From: Trichodelitschia bisporula
Lineage: Eukaryota
Length of the DNA: 64,000 nt
Direction: 5' to 3'
Assembly: GCA_010356995.1 (NCBI GenBank)
Contig: ML996703.1
Coordinates: forward strand, 558,001 to 622,000
The notes under the pieces were generated by a model that was not told where the DNA came from, did not search any database, and saw only the letters and a list, made by a program, of their open reading frames with translations. Below are positions 26,783 through 38,880 of this stretch, piece by piece (position 1 is the stretch's first letter; each line of letters begins with the position of its first letter). Made by a program: the position numbers and the translations under genes.

Positions 26783-28865
26783 CTATGGCGCAAGTCGCCA
26801 TGCCCTGATTGGCAAGCTCTGCAGTTTCTTGACTGCTGGCTTGATGTACCCCCAGAACGTCACCACCCCAACCACGATGCACAGGATATTTACAATGTAA
26901 TATCCGTCTGTAATGATCTTGCACGTTCCGCCTCCGTTTGTACACCGCACCTGCTCAGGCTCCAACACGCAGGAAAACGGACTGGCGATGAGCTCGCCTT
27001 TGAGCATTGCCGGCGGTGACTCCGACGGTATGCAAGTTGCCACAGTGAACATGTCGATGAACTTGAGCACAAAGTACCGTGGGAAAGTGCCACCCAGGTT
27101 AGACACCCTAGACAAAACATCAGCACCCGCCACGTCTGTAAGCAGTGTAATACGTACGTCGCTAGCAAGGTCATATAGGTGCCACCATACACCGGATCTG
27201 CGATCTTTGCGTGGAATGCCGAAACCGCCACGAACATGACCGTGTTCATGAAGGTTGACGACACGTGCCCGATGATTACGAGCAACAGATAACCGCCGTT
27301 CACTCCACCACTCGGGAACACGGACACAATGAACTGTGCCAGCGCCGCCGCCACCAGGCGTCCCATAAATCCCCACGACCACAGCTGCATCGGCGAGTAG
27401 TAGGAAGACCATTTGCCAACGTAATAGCCCAGACCAATCTCAAAGGGGAAATCGATGAGCACGGTGAGCGCCAGGTTATCCTGTCCGAGTCCTTTGTCCA
27501 GTAACTTGAGTGTGGTGGCTCCGTCATTCGCCTGGAAGCCTATCTTTGCGATAAGATGGACGACGATGAGGGTTTGGACGTTTTTGAGCTTCAGGATTCC
27601 GACCATGATCTTGTACACATCCCAAACGCCGTCGTCGTTCTTCGTCAGCTCCTCGCGCTTCAGCAGTGCCAGCCCTACCGTCACGATAAGATAGAGCCAT
27701 CCGGCCGTCGCGAGCGCGCCACTGAGGGTGACCAATCCGGTATCACCTGGTACCGACCGGAACCACTTATTGGCAAAATCCTTAGAGTTGAAAGCGAGAA
27801 AGACCGTAGAGGAGAGGAACTGCCCAGCCGTTAGACCAACCGTCTGTGCTGTTGACGCATACGATAGGTTTTCATGGGACAGCAAAGTGAGAGCCCAGCC
27901 TAAAGTGGTCAGCGCGGCCTTCCACACCATGTGGAGCACATACCGTCTACTGCAATATCTTGAGTAGCGCACATAAATACAAGCGCAAACCACCACCAGG
28001 TAAATCCCCAGACATTATCGCCATTATTTTCTCCAGCGTGTACCATCATTGCCTCTATGTTGCCGGCCAACCAAATCATTCCAAGCCCGGAGAGGGTTTG
28101 GATCGGTAGGATCCAGCTTTTGCGCCTACCGAGTTTTGGGCTCCAGCACGCGTCGATGATGGGGCTCCATAGCAATTTCAACGAATAAGGGTATGACGCC
28201 AGGGAGAATACGCCCATTTGCGCGTATGAGACATGCTGCTTCAGAAGGAAGGGTACCGAGCCGCTGGCCAGCCCCATGGGCACACCTTGTAGAAAGTAGA
28301 GCAGCACGAGAAGGAGGAAGTTGCGGCGATCGTGATCCGGCAATTGCGAAAAGCCCTTTGAAACGGGTCCATGCTGGAGATGCGGCACGGGGTCATCAAG
28401 GGAGAAATTGGAACTACTCATGAGGCCGTTCGGGCTCCTGGCACTTTCGAGCGACGGATTTTTGCGGCGGTATTCCAGCAGAGACTCTCCCATGGCGCCG
28501 GTCGCATGCCCGATATGGTTATGCGCAGAGGTCTGAGGCGAGTGCTTTCGTCTGCCCATGGATGCTTCCTCCGCTGTCCGCTGTTCGAGCTCTGCTTCCA
28601 GTAGCGGCTCAAAGGCAGAGTTCGCCGCTTCGATGTTGACGTGAAGTGAAAGTGACCGCGAGCGACTGCGGGCGCGTGTTTCGCGTGTGCTAATGGGGGT
28701 TGATGGTAGGTTCTCGAGCTCGTGTTCGGGTTCGTCAACGCGTCGGTCGTGGTGCTGAGACTGCTGGCGATGTGTCGAGTAAACGGGAAGGACGTGAGAA
28801 TCGGTGAGGTGGGGAATGACTGGAAAGGCACTTGAAGGGAGAGAGTCGCCTCTTGAGGTAGGCAT
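26783..28865 (-). CDS. Acetyl-CoA transporter (AT-1/SLC33A1, Acatn family); 3 exons; start uncertain
   Basis: LLVLLYFLQGVPMGL, SYPYSLKLLWSPIID, GRRKSWI, ATQDIAVDGWALTLL, GGTYMTLLATVSNLGGTFP and DGYY motifs. Confidence 0.92.
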
Positions 28866-29473
28866 CCATGTAAATGAAACTGCTTTTCGAGTTGTAGCTT
28901 TGCTGTCCTTTCCGGGAAGCTAGTGGACCACCAATGACCTCAAAGGTGACGGGCAAGGCAGTTGGCAGCGACACAAAGTTGAAGTTGGCAACGCGACACG
29001 TACATCAAGTGCGCATCGCTGTTGAAAGATGTCCGCTGTAAAGTCTGGATACACGGGGGATCCGGCACGTCCGTGAGGCTATCGTGAAGGAACTGGACGG
29101 AGGCCGATGAAGTCGGCTTTCCTGAGATTCATCTCAAACATGTCTAGCCAGGGGGGGGGGGGCGCCGAATGGCCAGATAGCCCAAGGCCCGCATAGGACG
29201 CCGATGTGGCGTTAATTGTGGCGCAGCAGGAATGTGGGGGTGGCTCACTCTGCGATATACTTCATCTGAAGTGCCAAGTTCTGCATGAACGTTTCGCCAG
29301 TTGTCTATTACGTAGCTCCGTAGCTCCGTAGGTTCCGCCTTGGAGGCCGCGGTTTTCTATCTTATCCTGTCTCAACGCCGATGACACGCAAGAGCAACAG
29401 AGCAAAGATGGGTCTATTTCCAGCCAACGCCTGTCAGGTATCTCAATGCTGAAGTATAAGCGGAAAAGACACG

Positions 29474-30968
29474 CTACAATTCCTCCTTGTACGTTTCCTC
29501 GCTCCCTTCCTCTTCCATCCCTTCGTCGTCTTCTACCCCAGTCCCTGATCCGGCCTCCTTCAGCGTCCCTTCTTTTAGTGGATCATCCTTCAGGACGGTC
29601 GGCTCTTTCTCATCAACAATACCTCTCAGCTCTCTGCCCCGGGGGGTATCGACCACTTCCAGCTTCCAACCCTTGCCATTAGCCAGGCGCTCAACCTCCT
29701 CTTTCACATCCCTGATCTCCTTGCTGTTGCGTATATTCAGCTTCTCCAACTCCTTGTCACTGGCCACATAACCGTCGCTCTTGGCGATGGTTGCTATCAG
29801 CGTCTCCTTGAAGCCGCTTTTAACGATTGCGCTCTGCTCAATCTTCTTTCCCCGGGGCACCATTTGATGGCCACCAATCTTAATGTCCCCAATAACCAAT
29901 GTCTTTGTCTTTACTTCAAGTCCATCCATGAGAACCTCGATTTCGGCAGTTGCGGTATCTTCGTCGGCCAGATGTTGTTCGCGTGCAGCGTTAAACGATG
30001 GTATAGAGTCTGCATCCATCACTGGGCTGCACGCAATGGAATGTGGCTTGGATTCTTGCGGTGGAAGAAAGGCGATATCGTTGCAGAGTCGGGGCGTCGA
30101 TATGACCATGAGATATTGACAGGTCGTGGTCTCCTTGATAAGTGTGATACGGTCAGCAAAATTAGGTTGGCAGTGGAACTTCATGACGGATTAGCTTGTG
30201 ACTTGAACAACAGCAATGGCTTACCTGAACTTCGATTTTCCGCTCTTTCCCAGTCAGATCGCAGACGGTCCCCCCACTCAATTTCTGAACTAGGTACCGC
30301 GTCTCTCCCTTGGTTTCCATCCTCGCCACTCCCTTCTCGTTCGAGAGATCTTTACTATCAGAGTTGCTCTTCTGAAAAGACCCAAGAATGTAAGAGTCCA
30401 CACTCTTGTCCTCAACCGGAGGATACACGGGAACATTCCGGCCTGGCGTCAGCTGATGGAACTGCCGAACTCCCTGGTTGTAGCAAAAGCTGTAGCTCCA
30501 CCATCCGCTGTAGAAGTAGAGGCAGTTGCCTTCCATTCCCCTGAGCAGCTCCCATCCACGTTTGGTGGCTCGTGCCAGTTCCTTGTTTTCATCCTCGACG
30601 CTCTTCTTAGACACATTCCTGCTCTCATCGACGGGTATGCGCGGCAGCATGCACAGATACTCCTGGCCAGATAGTATCATGGACTCGTATCCGGCGATAT
30701 CTTGTCCTCTGACTGCAGAAGTACCGTCCGAGGGATCAAGGTCCGTAGCGGATTGTGAGCGGGCCCCCAGTACAGAGTCTGCAAAGTCTTCTGTGACCGG
30801 GTTATCTGAGATGAGGACTTCGTACTGAAATTATGTTAGCAATCATGAACGTTCGAAGGCGCGCGTGCAAACCTGAGGAAAAGCGACAAGGTCATCTTGA
30901 ACACTGAACTGATGGGGGCTAGCGATAGCGAAGGGCAAAAGGACGGGAAGAGCCCAAAGATGCCTCAT
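29474..30968 (-). CDS. YOS9: ER lectin Yos9/OS-9 (MRH domain); 3 exons
   Basis: Signal peptide plus FSVQDDLVAFPQYEV, CLYFYSGWWSYSFC...QFH, GTVCDLTGKERKIEVQFHC, IKETTTCQYLMVISTPRLC, and C-terminal KEEL ER-retention-like signal. Confidence 0.93.
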
Positions 30969-31339
30969 ATTGGTAATGCGCGATTGCCGCTACGAGCAAG
31001 GCAGCTCTCATCAGCAATTCAAGAAGCGAAAATCCAGATTCGCGATGATGATGCGCCAGCTTTCCCCGAGCGCCTGTTGACGCTGCCGTGTCCGTTACGA
31101 CCCCAGTTGCCCCTCTCCACAGGGCTGATCCTAGCTGCCGCTGCAGCTCCACACGGCAGGGCTTGGCGAGTCCAACCGGTCCGAGCTTACGGAGTACTCC
31201 TGAACGGGGTAACTCATCGCATCACAAGCGCCTCGCCTTTTCGCCGATCTACGCATCTTGAAACTCAACTTTGAAGTCGGCAGAATACACTGTCGTGCCT
31301 TCTACCCACTCAATGGAAGTTTAGCGCCTACTGTTCTCG

Positions 31340-33564
31340 ATGGCGCGCAAAGACCAGGAGAAAGCTGGACTCCTTTCGTCCCAACATTATGACAACGATG
31401 CGCCATCTGTCACATCAGACCAAGAGATATTCACCGATGATGAAGAGTCCCACAGCGAAGGGAGGACCTCTGGCGAAATAGCACAGCAGGAACGGGACGT
31501 TTTCGCCGACGACTATGAAGATACTCTCGCACCGGGAGGGAGCGGCGACTCCGCAGTTCCCCTTACCACATTGTTCCGGAAGGGTGGAACCACTTCAAAG
31601 GCATCACGCTCAGGGCGGAAAAAACGACCTGCCTCTCGGAAACATCGAGAGCGGCTTCGTCGCGGAGAGGAAGAGGCCGAGCTGGTCTATGAAATGGAAG
31701 AAGGTGGAGAAGTGTCCGAATCGCTTTCCCGCCATTCCTCAGAGTCGGACCTTCGAAGACTAGGACATATTCGAGATGATAAATCAGTAAGCTGCCTCTA
31801 CCGACTTGACAGAAACGACTAACCGCGGAAGTCTAAAAAAAGCGTCGCGCGCCGTGTGGCTCTTCACCTCTTCATCACCATGCTGTTTCTTCTCTTCTTC
31901 CTCGCCGCATACCGCATTACTCAGTCCAATCGAAAGGCCCAGGCGCTGCTCAAAGCAAAGCTGACATTTTCCAATGGAACCACGCTCTTCGCTCCCACCA
32001 CGATCATCCTCTCGCTAGACGGGTTCCGGGCGGACTTTTTGCAACGCGGACTGTCACCAACCTTGAATAAGTTCATTTCGGAGGGTATCTCGCCTCTGCA
32101 CATGCTTCCAAGTTTTCCAAGTGTAACCTTCCCCAACCACTATACGATGGCTACCGGGCTCTATCCGGAAAGCCATGGCATCGTTGGCAATACGTTTTGG
32201 GACCCTGAATTGAAGGATGAATTCTATTACACTCACCCGGAGAAAGCTCTGCAGCCAAAGTGGTGGGGCGGCGAGCCTCTATGGCTGACCGCAGAGCAGC
32301 AAAACGTCCGTACGGCCATCCACATGTGGCCTGGCTCGGAGGCGCATATCGGCGGTGTCGAGCCTGCTCATCTGGACAAGTTCAACCCGAAGGAGGATTT
32401 GCAGCGGAAGGTGAACCGTATCCTCGAGTGGCTCGATCTGCCGGGTCCAGACAGTCCACACGCGCAGAGCAATTCCCCGCGGCCTCAGCTAATCGCCGCT
32501 TACGTCCCGAATGTCGATGCGGACGGCCACCAATTCGGTCCCAATAGTACGGAGATTCGAACAACGATCAAAACTGTCGATGACATGCTGGGCAATCTTT
32601 TTGCCGGCTTACAAGCACGCAATCTTACAAACGTCATCAATGTCGTCGTCGTCTCGGACCACGGTATGGCTACAACCTCAATCGACAGAGTAGTCCAGTT
32701 GGACGATCTTGTGGACTTGAGCAAAGTCGAGCATATTGATGGTTGGCCTCTCTATGGACTCCGACCGAAGGATCCGAAAGACCTGGACCTCCTCTACCAG
32801 CAGGTTAAAGAGAAGGCCGACGCCAATGCAAACATTGAGGTCTACCTCAGGGACAAGGACATGCCGGAACGGTATCATTTCTCGAACAACCCACGCATTG
32901 CTCCTCTTTGGATCGTGCCCAAGACAGGCTGGGCCATCGTCACCAAGAAAGACTTCGATATCGTCAAGGCTAAGGCTGAAGGCGCCGTTTTCCATCCTAG
33001 AGGTCTTCATGGGTACGATCATGAGAACAGTCTTATGCGAGCTATCTTCGTCGCAAGAGGCCCAGCCTTCCCGCACAAGCCAAACAGTAGGGTTGAAGTG
33101 TTCCGTGAGTGAATCTGGCCCACTTTTGAAGGCTTGTCGCTGACCCATGCCCAGAAAACACAGAGGTCTACAACATCGTTTGTGACTCTATCGACGTCGA
33201 GCCTAGGCCCAACAATGGAACGTTGCGCCTTCCCCTACGGCCCGTCGGCCTCCACTCTGATGATAAAGCCCCGAAGCTCGACACACCCGACGATCCCCCG
33301 GCGGCCTCTGCCACCCCTGCGGTGGTTGACTCGCCGAGCGATGTATTGGCCGCCTCAACTTCTACCTCGCCCTCTGCAGCTGTTTCATCCCTTCCAGGTG
33401 CCCCGTCTACAAGCCCGATTTCGTCTTTCAAGGGAGAAATGGCCAAAGATGACACAAGAGTGGGTACCTGGTTCCAATGGGCTCACGATAAACTGGAGGC
33501 GCTGAAAGATCAGCTCTTTGGGCTTTTTGACAAAGAATCCGACAAACCAACACCTTTGCACTAG
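31340..33564 (+). CDS. NPP1: Type II membrane ectonucleotide pyrophosphatase/phosphodiesterase (Npp1-like); 3 exons
   Basis: SLDGFRADF, PSFPSVTFPNHYTMATGLYPESHGIVGN, VVSDHGM, GLHGYD and MRAIFVARGPAF, with a single TM after an acidic N-terminus. Confidence 0.93.
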
Positions 33565-36110
33565 TTTCGTTTGGTATTCGGCTCGTTTAGGTTGGCGTTC
33601 GGGAGGCTAGCTGATTTAGAGATTCGGTACCTGGAGTTGGCGGCGTTCTTGAATCTCTCCGTAATTAGCTTCGAGATTTCCTTATCGCAAGCGCCGTGTT
33701 TTGACGCGCCTCACGCGATCATGAACGGTCTTCTCCGATGGAATTGAGCAACCAATTGAAGTCAAGTCGCCCATGCTCCTACACCGGGCATTTTTTCATG
33801 CCTGCTGGGCTGTAAATGTTCGTGGCTCCGGGACTTTATCGTCTCACCCGCACGAACCCGTACGAACCCGTACTACGGTACGAACCCCACATCACCGTAA
33901 GGCTGTCAGTGTTAGAGCCGAGCCGTTCACGCCGTTCAGAAATCTAAACCAGATCCCCCCGCCGTCCCCCGTGACTCTCTTGGCGCTTCAACAAACTTCA
34001 ACCTCACCTCGCCGATATCTCAATAATGCCACCTTTCTTCCTCTCTGCCCTTATTCTCTGAACACACACCAAAGCAGCTGACACGTCTCAAGCGCTATGG
34101 AATCTCATGGCGAGTACAAGTCAATGGACTTCGGCGTTACCGTTGCTCCAGCTCTCCTTTCGCTCCTCTCACATTGGCTTTGAGGGAGAACAAGCCCAAG
34201 CCGATCGTGATACATTACTCCTGCGTCTTAGCTTTGAATGCAAGCTAGGTGCTCAGATTCGTCTACACGTCTGATCCCGGTCCCGGCTAGTTCTAGAGGG
34301 ACGTGACAGCAGCCCTGATATGATGACTTTGTTCGCCTCACTTTTGCTTGATATCCTGTTAGCCCTCCCTTGCTCGGCTAAGATCTACAAAAGAATTCGC
34401 TGACGAAATCCCCTTTCGTAAATTGCTGATTATCCAGGGTGTTGAAGCGTGTTATGTCGGGTCAGGCTATCAAAGCCTCCGGCCTCGCTGTCGCGACTTC
34501 TTTCCGAGATACTCAATGAAAGATTAGCCGATTCGATGCTCCCAACCGGCGCTGTCATCGTTCGCTTCCTGCAGGCTTACACGCACAAAATGTCCCGGAG
34601 ATTCTATACCCGACCTGGTTTTTTGAGCCCTATATTTGGTTTCTGGAGTTGCGTCAAGAGCCCGGCAGCTTACCTGTTCGCAGGTCAACACCCTGAGATC
34701 CAACTTGGCCCATCACTGTGCCTTTGGACCTACATGCTCATCGTAGATATCAATATCATTATGGCTTCATATCTCTGGGCCATTGGACCCTGAACGCACC
34801 AGTACAGGCGGAGTATCAGCCACCAGGGCCGCACCCTTACACATTACGCATGTGACGGTTCCTCTGCACGAGGCGGGTACGAGCTTTGAAACAACAAGGC
34901 TGCCATTTGCTACCGAAGCACCAATCAATCGAAGGTGCTGATCACTTTTAGCATCCAGTGGCATATCAGACACGGAATCTCTTGGGTGGTATTGCTCGCC
35001 TCAGTTTTCAGTGTCGAGTACATGCAGAAAACAGGGCGAATCGATTCCGAGACCGCGATGTTAAGAAGAATGCGATACCGGGTCGAGCCCGATACCGGCT
35101 CATGAGATGTCGTATGCCGTAGAGATTCAGTATATAAAGGATACCTCTGCTGCTCAATTCACAAGCCAGGAGTCCCTCGGAATTCAACTCTACCATTTTA
35201 CGCAACTTTGGTCTTGTCTGGAACCATGCAGTCCCCATCAGCAGTTCCATCGTCCCCCTCCCAAGTTTCTCTATGCCTTCGAGGCATCTGTGGCGTTGCT
35301 ATATACGGCTCGCGGGCATTGTCATGTCAAAAGAGCGAACATGTGGTTGTCGATGTACCTCGGACAGAAGCAGAGGTCCCGATTGAGGTAAGAACCCCCT
35401 CTGCTGCCAACAGCCGCTGGCACCTCTGGTCTTCAGATCCTCACGTCATTAGGACCAATTGGCCAACCTGGGAGTGGATCCGGAAGTCATCGGTATGGTA
35501 ATGAAACGGTACTTCACCCGAGGTATGCTTCCTCTGGAACGCTTCTTTCAAACGTCAACCAGCCGCCTGGAATACCTCCACGTCGGTGGAGGTGACAACG
35601 AGGCCTATCATCAGCGCAGAAGAACTGCTTTCAACAACCAGACTGGCCGGTCCCAAGTACCATCCGACATGGCGTATGATGGTAGTGGCAAGATTTTGCA
35701 CACCCGGAGGTCCCAATGTTAGGCTTCGAGGAGATGGCAATCTGATATGCCACCCACCAGTATCAGAGAGCCAAAGGTCCCCCCTTGCTTTGCATTCCAC
35801 TCGCTCTGGATTCAGGATAACTCTCAGCAGCACAGATCAAAGCCTCCCCGGAGCTTTCACTTCAGGACTAATCACGACAGGATTTACGGCCACAGATTTT
35901 CATTCTATCTGACACCAGCTCCGCCCCCTAACTCCAAGTTCACCCCGTCCACCTCTCGAAAACTATCACTTATGAAGACAGCATGTCTTCGAAGATTGCC
36001 CCTTGACTCGCAGTCGAATCTGAGAAGTAACCTGCAAGATAATTCCATCAGCTACTACCATGCACGAAAATGTTCGATTTTTCCGTCGACTTACCGTTCA
36101 AATGCAATGC

Positions 36111-36412
36111 CTAATCGATGAGTGTATAACACTCAGGACATTGCTTGCCAGGCAAAACCCAAACAGTCTTGCCGCTGGCAGCGCATGTTGGGCACTTCCT
36201 CGCGGGCATCTTGTGATCGTCAAACATGTTTCTCCTTCATCCATTTCCGACATACTCACCGTCGACGTGTGAATAGGAGCGCCACCGGAATCTGGTTGAA
36301 TGCGGCTCGGCATGTCGAATTCGTCATCGCAGACTTCATCGAAGTCAAACCGAGCGTTGATGGTCGGTAACAGTTGGACACCGAGACGCTCGAGGATCTC
36401 TTGACGCTGCAT
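36111..36412 (-). CDS. Small 83-aa protein with C-terminal CxxC...CxxC zinc-ribbon; exons 36412-36260 and 36209-36111
   Basis: A phase-0 50-nt intron (GTGAGT...TTGAC...AAG) joins MQRQEILERLG...PIHTST to MPARKCPTCAASGKTVWVLPGKQCPECYTLID*. Confidence 0.8.
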
Positions 36413-38880
36413 GTTTGGAGGTATTCAAAGAGTTGGTTTGCTTGCCAGGTGGCGGTCAGGTTGAAACTGGCGAGTTGGAGTAAGAGGAGGAAGATGAGAA
36501 GATGGTTGCTGGATGGAGCTTCAATGCGGCAAGCCCTTGACCTTTTATCTACTCTACGCCTTCAGATCTCATCGCCGCAAATTTGGTTACCCGAACGCTG
36601 AGTTGGTTTCTCCATCATTTTGTTGAAGCGAGGTTCGGCTTCATGCTCGCTCTTGGACAGGGCTCTTCCGGAGTCAAGCGTACAACTGCGGTACATCTGG
36701 TTACTTCCGGGTCGAGGCGCTCCATTTCATCACGACAATGCCAGTCTTCGACGGGTATGTGCCCGATTCCCCTGAGGTATCCGAATTCAATGTCGGAGGA
36801 AGTAGTGAACCGCCTGGATCCATGCGGTAGTTGTCGCGGTGAATCTGGTATGGCTACGAGGGGCAGCGTTGAGATCTGTGCAACATCGCGCATTGCTTGG
36901 TTGGTCATCGGTATCGGGTTGTATGGATCTCATGTTGGGTCTCGTCAGTTTGTTTCATTGCATGCTTCTAGGAGAGCTGATGTGAGAATAGCGCTGTTCT
37001 GATTTTGGTCGATTCTCCCTTGGTATATCTCCCTTTGTCTTTTGGTCCCCTTCCAGCTGCTCGAGACGGCCTAGCAATGAATGATTTGATTTGAGTTCTC
37101 CCATACTCAGATGCGTTGACGTCTTCTCCTACACAGTCCATCCATCACGTTACGTGCTACAGCACACCGAGCCTTACCACGTCCACCGCTTCCTCACCGG
37201 AAAACTGACCATAGCAAGGCAAGACACCCATCCCACGGTGGCACAAAACTCGTTGCTGCTGCTCCTGCCGACCCCTGTATGCGAACATTCGGGCGCTGCA
37301 GTTGGGCCTTCTGACCTGCTACATACGCGCTCAACTGGCTATCACATCAGCCTGTGTCGATGCCGGCTTCCGGCGGTCAAGACTTGATAACCTAGTATAC
37401 CGGTGATTTGCTCGCCTCATAGTGTGATTCGAATGCCTTCGACCAGCGGGCCCCAGGCTCCGACATCGGAGATACCCGCCCTCTCGTCCCCAGCACCAGC
37501 CTCATCTGCCCTACCTCTGTGCATCACTCTTCACCATATCCAAGGCGCCTCGCGAGATATTTCCATAATGGCGTTCCGGCGGCGATGTCATGTCGCTCAG
37601 GCAACACAACCCCGCCGAAGCTTTGCATGCAACGTGATCCGTACTTGTTGCAGCTATGCGTGTATGCTGTGCATGTACAGGCTCATGTACATGCATGTAA
37701 CGTACTGCCTAGTTGGTCCCAACGCCGCGGGATCCTTCTTCCCAATCTAATTGCTGGCTTTTGTAGGTGCGGCGGTCGTGTGTTCGGTTTCCGGAAGCGA
37801 TGCACGGCTCTGGGCTTTGGGCGACTGAAAATCTGCAGTCTACGCGCTCCAGCTTCACGTCCCGTATACATGGAGGGACGGCAAACATGGGATGAAGGGA
37901 TCATACGCAAAGAACATCCAGTATTCGGTACCTACTAATCACCACGACACTTGGTACAAGGCGCAAATATCCAAGGTGCTACTGCGCAACTCAGCTTCCC
38001 GTTCGCCTCTTCGCCGATCTCGGACTTCGCGAACAACTTAATTGACCGACGAAGCGGGAGTGAGCAGAAACGCATGTACCCGCCATGATAGCGCCATGCG
38101 TGCAGAGAAGCAGACCCGCGGTTGTCGGAGCCTTCCATGTGCTGCGGGGCATTGCGGTCAGCAGCCGCTGGCGAATAAGCCGGTGTAACCGTGTAAGGAT
38201 CGATCTTAGAGCCGCAGTTGGCGCAAGCATACTGTAGATTGTCGAATATTGGGTTATCTGTCAGTTGAGGCGAGGCTGAAATAACCGGTGATTCAATTGG
38301 GGAGGAACTTTTGGCGAGGCATACGATGCAACGGAAGCGCGCGACATAAGCATATCAGACACGATCGCGCACCAATGAATCCATATGGATGAAGACTCTC
38401 TTTTGCTCCCAATTTTACCCATGCAATATACCGAGTCTCGGGTTTGCTCGCAGCTCTGACAGTACATCGCGAAGCTGCATAGCGGGACTCGACGTCCGGA
38501 AAAGCGATTCGATTTTGGCGGCTTGAAGCCGTGCGTTGTGGCGGCTCTGAAGACAAAGTCCAACCCGTTGTCGTACGATCGCATTTCCGAGCTTTCGTCA
38601 CCGAGGCGCATCGTGTCCCGCATTTTCGTAATTATGACGACTGGAACCGAACGCGTGGCGGGAGGCGACATCAACAAATTTCCTTGAGTCCATGAGCGAC
38701 ATCGGTGATGCTGGCCGATATTGATCGAAGGCGCGCCAAAGCACAAGCAGTGAGAGGTTCGCTAAGCCAAGTCTATCATAAGTCATCATGAGGCCGTCTT
38801 CTACGTGCTATCGCTAAAAGCGCTTCAACTAGTAACCTGCGTAAACAGCAACCCGTTGGCTGTATCCAGATATCGCAGGA

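Noticed and set aside
34320..34403. ATGATGA...CTGA spacing like a C/D snoRNA
   Set aside because: No recognisable guide or internal boxes; likely chance.
36615..36908. 97-aa ORF upstream of the Zn-ribbon gene
   Set aside because: No motif and no splice path linking it to the downstream gene.
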